Source: Solirubrobacteraceae bacterium
GTDB lineage: Bacteria > Actinomycetota > Thermoleophilia > Solirubrobacterales > Solirubrobacteraceae
Reading direction: 5' to 3'
NCBI GenBank assembly: GCA_036509655.1
Contig: DATCFG010000031.1
Coordinates: 21,665-85,664 of the forward strand
Length of the DNA stretch: 64,000 nt
Notes under the pieces: generated by a model
What the model was told of the DNA's origin: nothing
What the model saw: the letters and a program-made list of their open reading frames with translations, nothing else
Database searches by the model: none
In this document: in pieces, positions 47,218 through 56,919 of the stretch
Position numbering within the stretch: the stretch's first letter is position 1
How the letters are laid out: each line of letters starts with the position of its first letter
Program-made: the position numbers and the translations under genes

Positions 47218-48780
47218 CTAGATCGCGCGCCAGTGGTGGCCGTCGAGCAGCAGATCGTTCGCCACGTCGGGCCCCTGCGAGCCGGCTTCGTATTGCGGTA
47301 GGCCCCCCGCGCCCGAACCGTCGGCGCCCGCGCCCGCCGCGCCCTCCCAGGCCTGCAGGACGGGGTCGCAGATGCGCCACTGCGCCTCGACCTCGTCGCC
47401 CCGGGTGAACAGCGTGGGGTCGCCGCGCATCGCGTCCATGATCAGGCGCTCGTAGGCCTCCGGGGACTGGGACATGAAGGAGGTGCCGTAGAGGAACTCC
47501 ATGTTGACCGAGCGGATCCGCATGCGCGAGCCGGGAATCTTCGCGCCGAGCTGCAAAGTGACGCCCTCGTTGGGCTGGAGGGTGAGCACGAGCTGGTTGG
47601 GTTTGACCCCGAGGGAGCCGTCCTGGGAGAAGGCGAGGTGGGGGACGGGCTTGAGGGTGACGGCGATCTCGGTGATCTTGCGCGCCAGGCGCTTGCCGGC
47701 GCGCAGGTAGAAGGGCACGCCGGCCCAGCGCCAGTTGTCGACTTCCAGGCGCAGCGCGGCGAACGTCTCCGTGGTGGAGCCCGCGCGCACGCCGTCCTCT
47801 TCGAGGTAGCCCGGCACGTCCTCGCCGCCGGAGTGCCCGGCGGCGTACTGCGCGCGGACGGCGAGCTCGGCGATCTCCGCGGGCGCCGGCGCGTGGATCG
47901 CGTGGAGCACCTTGACCTTCTCGTTGCGGACTTCCTCGGCGGTGAAGCTCACGGGGGGCTCCATCGCGACGTGGCAGAGCAGCTGGAGCATGTGGTTCTG
48001 GATCAGGTCGCGGAGCGCCCCGGTCTGATCGTAGAAGCCGGCGCGGGTGCCGATCCCGATGTCCTCGGCGGCGGTGATCTGGACGGAGTCGATGTAGTTG
48101 CGGTTCCAGAGTGGCTCGAACATGCCGTTGGCGAAGCGGAACGCCATCATGTTCTGGACGGTCTCCTTGCCGAGGTAGTGGTCGATCCGGAAGATCTGGC
48201 TCTCCTCGAACACGTCGAGCACCCGGCGGTTGAGCTCGAGCGCCTCCTGGAGGGAGGTGCCGAATGGCTTCTCGATGATCACGCGCACCTCCGCGCGATC
48301 GTTGGAGGAGAGCCCGCGCTCGCCGAGCCGCTCGACGATCAGCGGGAAGAAGTTGGGGGCGGTCGACAGGTAGAAGGCGCGGTTGAGCGTTTCCCCCGCC
48401 TCTCGGTCGAGCTCGTCGAGCACGCGGTCGAGCTCGGCGTAGACGGACTCCTCGTCGAATTCCCCGGGGACGTACTTGACGTTCTCGAGCAGCCCTGCCA
48501 GCACGTCCTCGTCGGGCGGGCGCCGCGAGAAGCGGCGGATCGCCTGCTCGCACTCCTCGCGGTAGTCCTCGTCCGATATCTCTTTGCGCGACACCCCGAC
48601 GAGCTGGAAGCGCTCGGGCAGCGCGCCCTCGTGCGCGAGGTTGTAGAGCGCGGGCAGCAGTTTGCGCTTTGCGAGATCGCCGGTGGCGCCGAAGAGCACG
48701 AGCGTCGTCGGCGTGACGGGCAGGCGCTCGAGCCCCGCGACGAGGGGGTTCTCCTCCTCGCCGAGGACCGTCGCGCTCAT
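47218..48780 (-). CDS. zwf: glucose-6-phosphate 1-dehydrogenase
   Basis: GATGDLAKRK, EKPFG, RIDHYLGKE, NWRWAGVPF; ATG at 48780. Confidence 0.97.
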   Translation of the reverse strand: MSATVLGEEENPLVAGLERLPVTPTTLVLFGATGDLAKRKLLPALYNLAHEGALPERFQLVGVSRKEISDEDYREECEQAIRRFSRRPPDEDVLAGLLENVKYVPGEFDEESVYAELDRVLDELDREAGETLNRAFYLSTAPNFFPLIVERLGERGLSSNDRAEVRVIIEKPFGTSLQEALELNRRVLDVFEESQIFRIDHYLGKETVQNMMAFRFANGMFEPLWNRNYIDSVQITAAEDIGIGTRAGFYDQTGALRDLIQNHMLQLLCHVAMEPPVSFTAEEVRNEKVKVLHAIHAPAPAEIAELAVRAQYAAGHSGGEDVPGYLEEDGVRAGSTTETFAALRLEVDNWRWAGVPFYLRAGKRLARKITEIAVTLKPVPHLAFSQDGSLGVKPNQLVLTLQPNEGVTLQLGAKIPGSRMRIRSVNMEFLYGTSFMSQSPEAYERLIMDAMRGDPTLFTRGDEVEAQWRICDPVLQAWEGAAGAGADGSGAGGLPQYEAGSQGPDVANDLLLDGHHWRAI

Positions 48781-49769
48781 TTGCCGCGTGACTTCACCGC
48801 GTGCCCGCCGAACTGGTTGCGCAGCGCCGCGAGCACGCGGTCGGCGTAGTCGCCGTTGCCGCGCGAGCGCAGGCGCGCGTAGAGCGACGCGGTGATCACC
48901 GGCGTGGGCACGTCGTGGGCGGTCGCGTCCTCGATCGTCCAGCGGCCCTCGCCGGAGTCCGCGGTGTAGCCCTCGAGCTTCTCCAATCCGTTGCCCTCGG
49001 CTTCGAACGCGCGCGCGGCGAGTTCGCACAGCCACGAGCGCACGACCGAGCCCTGGCCCCAGAGGTGCGCGATCTTCGCGTTGTCGAGCTCGAACTCGCA
49101 CTTGTCGAACAGGTCGAAGCCCTCCGCGTAGGCCTGCATGAGCCCGTACTCGACGCCGTTGTGGACCATCTTCACGTAGTGGCCCGCGCCCGAGCCGCCG
49201 AAGCGCAGCCACCCGCGCGGGCCGATCGCGGCTACGCTCTCGTCGGAGGTCTCCGGCGCGAGCACGTCGAGGATCGGCGCGAGCCGTTTGACGGCTTTGG
49301 GGGGGCCGCCGACCATCATGCAGTAGCCGACCTCCAACCCCCAGACGCCGCCGGAGGTGCCGACGTCGACGTAGTTGATGGAGAGCTTTTTCAGTTCCTT
49401 CGCGCGGCGCTTGTCGTCGGTCCACTTCGAGTTGCCGCCGTCGACGATCGTGTCGCCGGGGGAGAGCAGCCGAGCGAGCTTGTCGACCGTCTCCTGCGTG
49501 GGGTCGCCGGCGGGCACCATGATCCACACCAGGCGCGGGGCACGCAGCTGCTTGACGAGCTCCTTCAGCGAGGCGGCGCCGGCGGCGCCGTGCTTGACGG
49601 CCTGCTTGACGGCCCGATCGTCGAAGTCGAAGGCGACGACCTCGTGGGAGGAGTCGCGCCGGATGCGGTGCACCATGTTGCCGCCCATCTTCCCCAGCCC
49701 GACGAAGCCGATCTGGGTGACGGCGTCCTCGGTGTCCTCTGCGTCCTTGGTGGCGGCCTTCGGGGTCAC
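48777..49769 (-). CDS. gnd: 6-phosphogluconate dehydrogenase, short-chain type
   Basis: GLGKMG, MVPAG, KMVHNGVEYG, DSGEGRW, LRNQFGGH. Confidence 0.95.
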   Translation of the reverse strand: MTPKAATKDAEDTEDAVTQIGFVGLGKMGGNMVHRIRRDSSHEVVAFDFDDRAVKQAVKHGAAGAASLKELVKQLRAPRLVWIMVPAGDPTQETVDKLARLLSPGDTIVDGGNSKWTDDKRRAKELKKLSINYVDVGTSGGVWGLEVGYCMMVGGPPKAVKRLAPILDVLAPETSDESVAAIGPRGWLRFGGSGAGHYVKMVHNGVEYGLMQAYAEGFDLFDKCEFELDNAKIAHLWGQGSVVRSWLCELAARAFEAEGNGLEKLEGYTADSGEGRWTIEDATAHDVPTPVITASLYARLRSRGNGDYADRVLAALRNQFGGHAVKSRGK

Positions 49770-51475
49770 AGCATCTCCTTGATCTTCGCGGTGAGTGCGC
49801 GCAGCGCCTGGGCGGGATCGTCCCCGTGCAGGCGCACGCGCTCGGCGGGCAGATCGAGCGAGCGCAGCGTTTCCAGGTCGCCGATCGCCTGGGCGTTCTT
49901 CAAAGTCGTGAACGTGAACGACTTGCCGGGGATCTCGACGTCCTCGGGCCCGTCGTGGAGCAGTTGCAGGAAGCGCCCGGTCTTCGGCCCGCCCTTGTGG
50001 AACTGGCCGGTCGAGTGCAGGAAGCGCGGTCCGTAGCCGAAGGTGGTCGTCGCACGCGTCGCCGCCCGAATCGTCTCCCGCAGCTCCGCGGCGGCCGCGT
50101 CGAACTCGGGGGAGGGATTTAAATAACCCATGATCGCGACGTAGCTGGGCGGGGCGGCGTCCCAGAGCAACGCGCGCAGCGCCTGGTCGTCGGCGTCGGG
50201 GATCTCGGGGAGCTCCCGCCTCTCTTCGTAGGAGGCGAGCACGCGGTTAGTGGCGTCCTTCGCCTGTTGCACGTTGGGTTGGTCGAAGGGGTTGATCGCA
50301 AGACCCCAGCCGACGACCGCGACCGCGAGCTCGGCGAGCAGGAACACGCGCCCGAGGTCCCCGGGCCCCGCGGTCGGGATCGTGAACACGGGATGGCCGG
50401 CGTCGGCGAGCGCCTGCACGCGCCGCTCGAGCTCGGCGTCGGGCGCGTGGACGTCGGGCAGATAGGCGAACACGCGGTCATCGCCGTAGACGGCGGGCTC
50501 GCCGAGCGGCTCGTCGGCGACCGGGAGCACGCCCGTGCCGTGCTTGCCCGTGGACTCGGCGACGAGCTGCTCGAGCCACAGTCCGAGGCCGGGGAGGGTG
50601 TCGGAGATGACGAACGTGAGCTTGTCGCGTCCGGCTTGCGCGAGGCCGCTGAGGGCCGCTCCCAGCCACACCCAGGCGTCCTCCGTCACGTTGCCGGCCC
50701 CATCGCTGAGAGGGGTCTGCCGAGCGGCCGCGGCGCCCTCCAGCAGCGCGCTCGCGTCGATCCCCATCAGCGCCGCCGGCACGATCCCGAAGGCGGACAG
50801 CGCGCTGTAGCGTCCGCCGATATTCGGATCGCCCGCGAACGTCCGCAGGAAGCCGCGCTGGAGTGCGAGCGTCTGGAGGTCCGAGCCGGGGTCGGTGATC
50901 GCCACGAAGTCGTTGCCGTTCTCGAACAGGGAGAAGAAGTAGGCGAACAGCGACAGCGGCTCGATCGTGGAGCCGGACTTGGAGGAGACGATGAACAGGG
51001 TGCGCCGCTGACCGACCGCGTCGCGGTCCAGCGCGGCCTCGACCTGGCGGATGCGCGCCGCGTCGGTCGAGTCGAGCACGTGCAGGCGCGGGGAAGGTGG
51101 GGACTTGTGGGAGGGTGGGGACTCGATCTCCGAGAACGAGCGGCGCAGGACCTCGGGCGCGAGCGAGGAGCCGCCCATACCCAGCAGCACGATCTCCTCG
51201 AGGCCCGCGTCGTGGGCCTCGGCGACGAACAGCTCGAGCGCGCCCACCTGCGCGAGCGTGCGCTCGGCGATCGTCAGCCAGCCGAGGCGGTTGGCCACCT
51301 CGGGAATAGGCTGGGATCCCAGCCCACCCCCCGGCCCGCCCCCCCACAGCGTGGCGTCTTCGCGCGCGATCCTCCCGGCGACGTCCTCCTCGACGGCCCG
51401 TGAGAGCTTGTCCGCGACGGCGGCCTGGAGCGCGTCCGGAACCAGGGCCGCGACGGTGAGGTTGAGATCGCTCAC
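49766..51475 (-). CDS. pgi: glucose-6-phosphate isomerase (Tal-Pgi-type domain, stand-alone)
   Basis: GMGGSSL, SSKSGST, IGGRYS, EQLVAESTGK, FDQPNV, HSTGQFHKGG. Confidence 0.9.
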   Translation of the reverse strand: MSDLNLTVAALVPDALQAAVADKLSRAVEEDVAGRIAREDATLWGGGPGGGLGSQPIPEVANRLGWLTIAERTLAQVGALELFVAEAHDAGLEEIVLLGMGGSSLAPEVLRRSFSEIESPPSHKSPPSPRLHVLDSTDAARIRQVEAALDRDAVGQRRTLFIVSSKSGSTIEPLSLFAYFFSLFENGNDFVAITDPGSDLQTLALQRGFLRTFAGDPNIGGRYSALSAFGIVPAALMGIDASALLEGAAAARQTPLSDGAGNVTEDAWVWLGAALSGLAQAGRDKLTFVISDTLPGLGLWLEQLVAESTGKHGTGVLPVADEPLGEPAVYGDDRVFAYLPDVHAPDAELERRVQALADAGHPVFTIPTAGPGDLGRVFLLAELAVAVVGWGLAINPFDQPNVQQAKDATNRVLASYEERRELPEIPDADDQALRALLWDAAPPSYVAIMGYLNPSPEFDAAAAELRETIRAATRATTTFGYGPRFLHSTGQFHKGGPKTGRFLQLLHDGPEDVEIPGKSFTFTTLKNAQAIGDLETLRSLDLPAERVRLHGDDPAQALRALTAKIKEML

Positions 51476-51571
51476 GCCAGGATCGTAGTCGGCTGGGGCG
51501 CTCGTGTAGGTTTCGCGCTGGCGGAAGTCTTCCGGGCGTCATCCTAGGCTCCCGATTCGATCTCTTCCGCA

Positions 51572-52603
51572 GTGCCCGAGGAACCGATCGAACCCCAAGC
51601 GATGACCGACGATCAACCCCCACAACTGCCCGACCGCAACCTCGCGCTGGAGCTCGTGCGCGTGACCGAGGCGGCCGCGCTGGCGGCGGCGCCGCTGGTG
51701 GGGATGGGCGACAAGGAGGCGGCCGACCAGGCCGCGGTCGACGGCATGCGCTACGCGCTGCGCTCGGTCTCGATGGACGGCCTCGTGGTGATCGGCGAGG
51801 GCGAGAAGGACGAGGCGCCGATGCTCTACAACGGCGAGCGGATCGGCGACGGCTCCCCGCCGCAGGTCGACATCGCCGTCGACCCGCTCGAGGGGACGAC
51901 GCTGGCGGCGCACGGGATGCCGAGCGCGCTCGCGGTGATCGCGCTGTCGGCGCGTGGCACGATGTTCGACCCGGGGCCGTGCGTGTACATGGAGAAGATG
52001 GCGGGCTCGCCCGAGATCGCCGACCTGCTCGACCTCGACCGCCCGGTCACCGAGACGGTCAAGCTGATCGCCGCGCGCAAGGGCACGCAGGTCGGCGACG
52101 TGATGGTCGTGGTGCTCGACCGCCCGCGCCACGAGGAGACCGTGAAGGCGATCCGCGAGGCGGGCGCGCGCGTGCGGCTGATCGCCCACGGGGACGTGTC
52201 GGCCTCATTGCTGGCGGTCACCGAGCGCTCCCCGGTGGACCTCCTGTGGGGCATCGGCGGCACGCCCGAGGGCGTGATCTCCGCGGCGGCGATCAAGTGC
52301 CTGGGCGGACAGCTGCTCGGCCGCGTGTGGCCGCGCGACGAGCGCGAGCGAGCGGCCGCGCTCCAGGCCGGGTACGACCTCACGAGGGTGCTCGACCGCG
52401 ACGACCTGGTGGCGGGCGAGGACGTGTTCTTCTCGGCGACCGGGATCACCGACGGCGACGTGCTGCAGGGCGTGCGCTACCCGAGCGCCGGCGGCGCGAC
52501 GACGGAGTCGCTGGTGATGCGCTCGCGCTCGGGCACCGTGCGCCGGATCCGCGCCCAGCACGACCGCGCGAAGCTGCGCGCGGTCGGCGGCGAGCGCGTC
52601 TAG
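51572..52603 (+). CDS. glpX: class II fructose-1,6-bisphosphatase
   Basis: VIGEGEKDEAPML, DPLEGT, GIGGTPEGVI, FSATGITDG. Confidence 0.96.
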   Translation: MPEEPIEPQAMTDDQPPQLPDRNLALELVRVTEAAALAAAPLVGMGDKEAADQAAVDGMRYALRSVSMDGLVVIGEGEKDEAPMLYNGERIGDGSPPQVDIAVDPLEGTTLAAHGMPSALAVIALSARGTMFDPGPCVYMEKMAGSPEIADLLDLDRPVTETVKLIAARKGTQVGDVMVVVLDRPRHEETVKAIREAGARVRLIAHGDVSASLLAVTERSPVDLLWGIGGTPEGVISAAAIKCLGGQLLGRVWPRDERERAAALQAGYDLTRVLDRDDLVAGEDVFFSATGITDGDVLQGVRYPSAGGATTESLVMRSRSGTVRRIRAQHDRAKLRAVGGERV

Positions 52604-53316
52604 GACTCCTCGAAGCGGCCGATCCGAGACTCGGCGAGGTCGAGCCGGGCGAGCGAGCGCAGGAAGCCGTGGGTGATGAGCACATGGATGCGCGACTGGG
52701 TCTCGCGGTAGAACCAGCGGCCGGCGCCGGCGGCGATCGACGGGTAGAAGTTGGCGACCTCGACCTCGACGTGCAGGCGCGCGCGGGGTGGGTGGGCGTC
52801 CGGATCGTCGCTTGGGCAGCGGCGCACGTCGATCTGCAGGTAGCCGTCCTTGTGCCTTCCCGCCCGGGCGACGAGCAGGCCGCGTGCGATGCGCCAGCGC
52901 ACGACCCCGTGCTGGGCGTCCAGCTCGTATTCGGGCGCGCGGAAGGTGAGCAGCTTCAGCGCCGGGAGGAGCAGCACGACGAAGCGCTCGCGCTCGGTGT
53001 AGCGCACGCGGATCAGGCCGAGCGTGACGCGCGAGAGGAAGCGCCAGTAGGTGCGCGCGAGCCGCTCGAGATGCAGCGGGGTCCAGATCTGCCGGAGGGT
53101 GTCCTCGGGCAGGTAGACGTCGGCGGTCTGCACGGAGCGCACGGCGCCGGTGCCCTCGTCTTCGGAGGTGTCGTCCTCGATGTTGGCGATCGTCGCGAGC
53201 TTCATCACCTGCAGGCTATCCCCGCGCCGGGATGGCCGTGTCGGATGCATCGGCGCGAGTATCAGCCGGTAGATGCGGGAATCGACAGGCTCGCGTCCGT
53301 GGTTGCTGATATCCAA
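52600..53316 (-). CDS. hypothetical protein
   Basis: Globular-looking ORF (LERLARTYW, WRIARGLLV, VEVANFYP); start uncertain. Confidence 0.7.
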   Translation of the reverse strand: MDISNHGREPVDSRIYRLILAPMHPTRPSRRGDSLQVMKLATIANIEDDTSEDEGTGAVRSVQTADVYLPEDTLRQIWTPLHLERLARTYWRFLSRVTLGLIRVRYTERERFVVLLLPALKLLTFRAPEYELDAQHGVVRWRIARGLLVARAGRHKDGYLQIDVRRCPSDDPDAHPPRARLHVEVEVANFYPSIAAGAGRWFYRETQSRIHVLITHGFLRSLARLDLAESRIGRFEES

Positions 53317-53321
53317 GGTCC

Positions 53322-54410
53322 ATGAGCGGCGACTTTCTGGACCCGCGCCTCGCGGAGCGCCTCACGCGCGCGGCGCGCGCGGCCCAAGCGCTGAGCGAGA
53401 CTTTGTGGGAGGCGCTGCTGGGGGAGCTGGCCGACCCCCGTGCGGAGCGCGTCGCCGAGCTCTCCGAGCGGCTCGGCGAGGTCGCCGCCGTCGTGGCCTC
53501 GCTGGCGCAGGTGGATGCCCGCGCGCGGGAGCCCGAGGAGTCCGTGGGCCCGCGCGCTCGAGACACGTTTGCGCAGGAGACATCGGACGTGCCGGCATCC
53601 GCCGCGCCCGTGGCGCGGGGGTCGCGCGCCGGGGGGCAGCGCGCCGCGCGAGCGACGTACGACGGGCCATCCGGGCCGCCTGTCGAGGAGCCGGCACCGC
53701 CGTGGGAGTCACCCGAGACCCAGACGCCGCCCGCGCCGCTCATGCCGCCCATGCCGCCCGTGCCGGCGGTGCTGATCGACGAATTGGCCGCGGCGGAGTC
53801 CCCGTCGCGCGCTGCGACCACGCCCGAGCCTTCCCGCGCGCACCCGGCGCCGCCGTTCGCGGGCGCTCCCCCGGCTCGTCCCGACGCCGGGGCACGCCCT
53901 CGCGAGGGCGTGCCTCCGCGCAAGGCGAGGCCGCAGATCGAGATCAGAGACGAACGTTCGGTGGAGGGACCGGCCGCCTGGATCGATTCGATCGGGCGCC
54001 GGCTGGAGCGCTACGAGCAGGACCGATCGCCGTTCGCGGTGCTGCTCGTCGAGCTCGTCGACGTCGAGCGTCTGCGTCACGCCGAGCCCGCGGAGGAGCT
54101 GTCGAGGCTGACCGATCAAGTCGAGGACGCGCTCGTGCGAGAGCTGCGCCCGGCCGACTCGCTCACGCGCGAGCGTCCGGGCAGGTACTGGCTGCTGGCG
54201 CCGCAGACCGACGGGCCGGGCGCGCAGGCGCTCCTCGAGCGAATCGCGCGCGCGGTGAGATCCTCGGCGAGCCACCGCGGGACGCCGCTGGAGGTGGCGG
54301 TGGGCGTCGCGGTGTGCCCCGAGGACGGCCTGCGGGCCTCCGAGCTGGCCGCGCATGCCGACATCGGGCTCTACGCCGCCCGCGCCGCCGGGCGCTCCTT
54401 CGTTGGGTAG
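53322..54410 (+). CDS. protein with Pro-rich linker and degenerate GGDEF domain
   Basis: FAVLLVELVD..., LRPADSLTRE-RPGRY, VAVGVAVCPEDG....L...AD..LY.A. Confidence 0.75.
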   Translation: MSGDFLDPRLAERLTRAARAAQALSETLWEALLGELADPRAERVAELSERLGEVAAVVASLAQVDARAREPEESVGPRARDTFAQETSDVPASAAPVARGSRAGGQRAARATYDGPSGPPVEEPAPPWESPETQTPPAPLMPPMPPVPAVLIDELAAAESPSRAATTPEPSRAHPAPPFAGAPPARPDAGARPREGVPPRKARPQIEIRDERSVEGPAAWIDSIGRRLERYEQDRSPFAVLLVELVDVERLRHAEPAEELSRLTDQVEDALVRELRPADSLTRERPGRYWLLAPQTDGPGAQALLERIARAVRSSASHRGTPLEVAVGVAVCPEDGLRASELAAHADIGLYAARAAGRSFVG

Positions 54411-54452
54411 TCGCGGCTTCCACCCGCGGTGCGGCCCGCTTGTGGCTCGCGT

Positions 54453-54989
54453 TCAGCTCGCCGCGACGGCGCCGCCGGCGAGGGCGGCTTCGGGCGAGAT
54501 CGCAGGCTGTCCGAGCGTCGGCGTGTTCGGGACGGTGCCGACGATGGTCGTGGCGACGCGGACGGTCTCCTCGATCCCGAGCGACTGGGCGGCGGCCGCG
54601 GTCAGGTCCCAGTTGGCGCCGTTGGCGTAGGGGCCGCGATCGACCACGGGGACGGTCAGGCCCTCGCCGTGGTAGGTGACTTTCACGAGCGTGCCGCAGG
54701 GCAGCTTGCGGTTGGCGACGCCGACGGTGACGGGCGTGAGGGTCTGCCCGCAAGCCGTGTGCCGGCCGTAGAAGCCGGGGCCGAACCAGGTCGCGAGCGC
54801 GGTCTTGGGAGCCTTTGTGGACGGCGTGGGAGTGGAGGAGGAAGAGGAGGTGGGGGTGGAGCTAGGGGTTGTAGCGGCGGTGGGGCCGGCGCCGCCGCCG
54901 GTGCTCGCGGAGGCTCCAGTGGCGAGCGCGCCGGCGCAGGAGAGCGCAGCGAGCAGGGCGAGCAGGGTCGTTGTGAATCGAATTCGCAT
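54453..54989 (-). CDS. rlpA: RlpA-family (DPBB) lytic transglycosylase
   Basis: Signal peptide; ATWFGPGFYGRHTACG, VVDRGPY, WDLTAAAA. Confidence 0.9.
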   Translation of the reverse strand: MRIRFTTTLLALLAALSCAGALATGASASTGGGAGPTAATTPSSTPTSSSSSTPTPSTKAPKTALATWFGPGFYGRHTACGQTLTPVTVGVANRKLPCGTLVKVTYHGEGLTVPVVDRGPYANGANWDLTAAAAQSLGIEETVRVATTIVGTVPNTPTLGQPAISPEAALAGGAVAAS

Positions 54990-55000
54990 CGTTTGTCGAC

Positions 55001-55140
55001 GCCTACGGGGTGAGCTGACGGGCTCGCGCTGCCAAATTCGACGGCGCTACGGCCAAACGAGGCCGATTCGCCCCAGCGGACCTGAGTCGATCCGCAATTG
55101 GGTCCCCCGTCTTCCATGACCTGAGTCGTGGAAGCTCGGC
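55001..55140 (-). ncRNA. cyclic di-AMP riboswitch (ydaO/yuaA)
   Basis: Minus strand reads GGGGGACCCA...TGGGGCGAATC...GTAG...CGAGCCCGTCAGCTCACCCCGTAGGC, just upstream of rlpA. Confidence 0.88.
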
Positions 55141-55175
55141 GTGGCCAGCAGTATACAGAGGGCTCAGACGGAGGC

Positions 55176-55598
55176 TCAGTTGAGCGGCAACCGCGTGAGG
55201 AAGTCCTTCAACAGGCGCCCGCCGGAGGCGAGACCCGCCTTGGCGAGCTCGCCGGCGAGCTCGGCCGCGGAGCTCAGCAGATCGACGCTGCCAGGCGGCT
55301 GGACGGGGCCGCTGACGGGATCGCCCTCGGTCTCGAAGCCTTGCCTTGGCGCCGGATCCTGGAGGCGCTTGGCTGCCGTCTTCGCTTTTGCCGGTCGTTT
55401 CCTGGTCGTCGCTTGCTTGCGGGCGGCGTCGCGCCGCGCGCTGGAGCGCTGCGGGCGGGTGCGGGGGAGGTTCTCGAGCACTCCCTCGGGCGCGGACGGG
55501 GCCTTGCTCCGCGCGTTCTTCTTAGAACTTGGTTTGGCAGCGGGCTTGGCGCTCGATTTGGCGCTCGATCGCGGAGAACCGCTGGATGTATCGCTCAT
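55176..55598 (-). CDS. hypothetical Lys/Ala/Ser-rich protein
   Basis: Low-complexity basic N-terminus, LPRTRPQR motif, amphipathic C-terminal helix. Confidence 0.65.
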   Translation of the reverse strand: MSDTSSGSPRSSAKSSAKPAAKPSSKKNARSKAPSAPEGVLENLPRTRPQRSSARRDAARKQATTRKRPAKAKTAAKRLQDPAPRQGFETEGDPVSGPVQPPGSVDLLSSAAELAGELAKAGLASGGRLLKDFLTRLPLN

Positions 55599-55756
55599 GT
55601 CGCGTTAGCATAGGGGTCCAGAAAGATGCGCATGCGCTGTAACGTCGGGTGGGCTTCGGCCGTAGTGTCCGATGGAGTTGTCGTCCTCAGCCAGAATCCG
55701 ACGTGGGTCGAGCAGACGCCCCCGGGTTGCCCAGTGACTGAAAGAAACGGAAATCG

Positions 55757-56860
55757 ATGTCAGTTGTAGAAATGCAGGAGCTCGACGAGGTAAAGGGCCT
55801 GCTGGCCAAAGGGCAGCAGGTGGGCGTGCTCACCTATGCGGAGATCACGACGGCGATGTCCGAGCTCGACTTGGATGAGTCAGACGTCGAGGAGCTGCAC
55901 GGGTTCCTGGAGAAATCGGAGATCGAGCTCGTCGAGGAGATCGACCCGGCGACGGCCGCGGCCTCGCAGGTCGAGCGCGCCCCGGACAAGCGCGGGCGGC
56001 GGAAAGCGAAAGCGGCGCTGGACCTGAAGCCGGACATGACGACCGACTCGCTTCAGCTATTCCTGAAGGACATCGGCAAGGTGCGGCTGCTGACCGCGCA
56101 GGAGGAGGTCGACCTGGCGAAGCGGATCGAGCGCGGCGACCTCGACGCGAAGCAGAAGATGGTCGAGTCGAACCTGCGGCTGGTCGTGTCGATCGCGAAG
56201 AACTACCGCAACCAGGGCCTGCCGTTCCTCGACCTGATCCAGGAGGGCACGCTCGGGCTCGTGCGGGCGGCGGAGAAGTTCGACTACCGCAAGGGCTTCA
56301 AGTTCTCCACGTACGCGACCTGGTGGATCCGCCAGGCGATCGCGCGGGCGCTGGCCGACAAGGCGCGCACGATCCGCATCCCCGTCCACGTGGTCGAGAA
56401 GCTGAACAAGATCGGCAGGGCCGAGAGAAAGCTCGTGACCGAGCTGGGGCGCGAGCCGACCGCCGCGGAGATCGCCGATGTGACGGGAATCGACCCCGAG
56501 GAGGTCGACTCGATCAAGCGCTCCGCGCAGGCGCCGGTCTCGCTGGAGAAGCCGGTCGGCGACGAGGAGGAGTCGGAGTTCGGCCAGTTCATCGCCGACG
56601 AGCGCGCCGAGTCCCCGTACGAGCGCGCGGCGGAGATCCTCACGAAGGAGGCGCTCAGAGAGGCGCTGGAGAACCTCAGCTACCGCGAACGGCGCGTGCT
56701 CGAGCTGCGCTACGGCCTCGGCGGCGAGCACCCGCGGACGCTCGACGAGGTCGGCAGGACGTTCAACGTCACCCGCGAGCGAATCCGCCAGATCGAGAAT
56801 CAGTCGCTGAAGAAGCTGCAGAGCCTTGCGGAGGCCCAAAAGCTGAGGGACGTCGCGTAG
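55757..56860 (+). CDS. rpoD: primary-type sigma-70 factor
   Basis: Region 1.1-like N-terminus, [37 protein letters not shown]. Confidence 0.95.
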   Translation: MSVVEMQELDEVKGLLAKGQQVGVLTYAEITTAMSELDLDESDVEELHGFLEKSEIELVEEIDPATAAASQVERAPDKRGRRKAKAALDLKPDMTTDSLQLFLKDIGKVRLLTAQEEVDLAKRIERGDLDAKQKMVESNLRLVVSIAKNYRNQGLPFLDLIQEGTLGLVRAAEKFDYRKGFKFSTYATWWIRQAIARALADKARTIRIPVHVVEKLNKIGRAERKLVTELGREPTAAEIADVTGIDPEEVDSIKRSAQAPVSLEKPVGDEEESEFGQFIADERAESPYERAAEILTKEALREALENLSYRERRVLELRYGLGGEHPRTLDEVGRTFNVTRERIRQIENQSLKKLQSLAEAQKLRDVA

Positions 56861-56919
56861 CGTCGTCCATCGCCTGACTCGGCACTCAAGCCCCGCGGCG
56901 GGTTTGCCGATCTGGGGCT

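Noticed and set aside
47218-49527. 769-aa fused ORF in the track
   Set aside because: zwf starts at ATG 48780, overlapping the gnd stop; the upstream part is a shadow frame of gnd.
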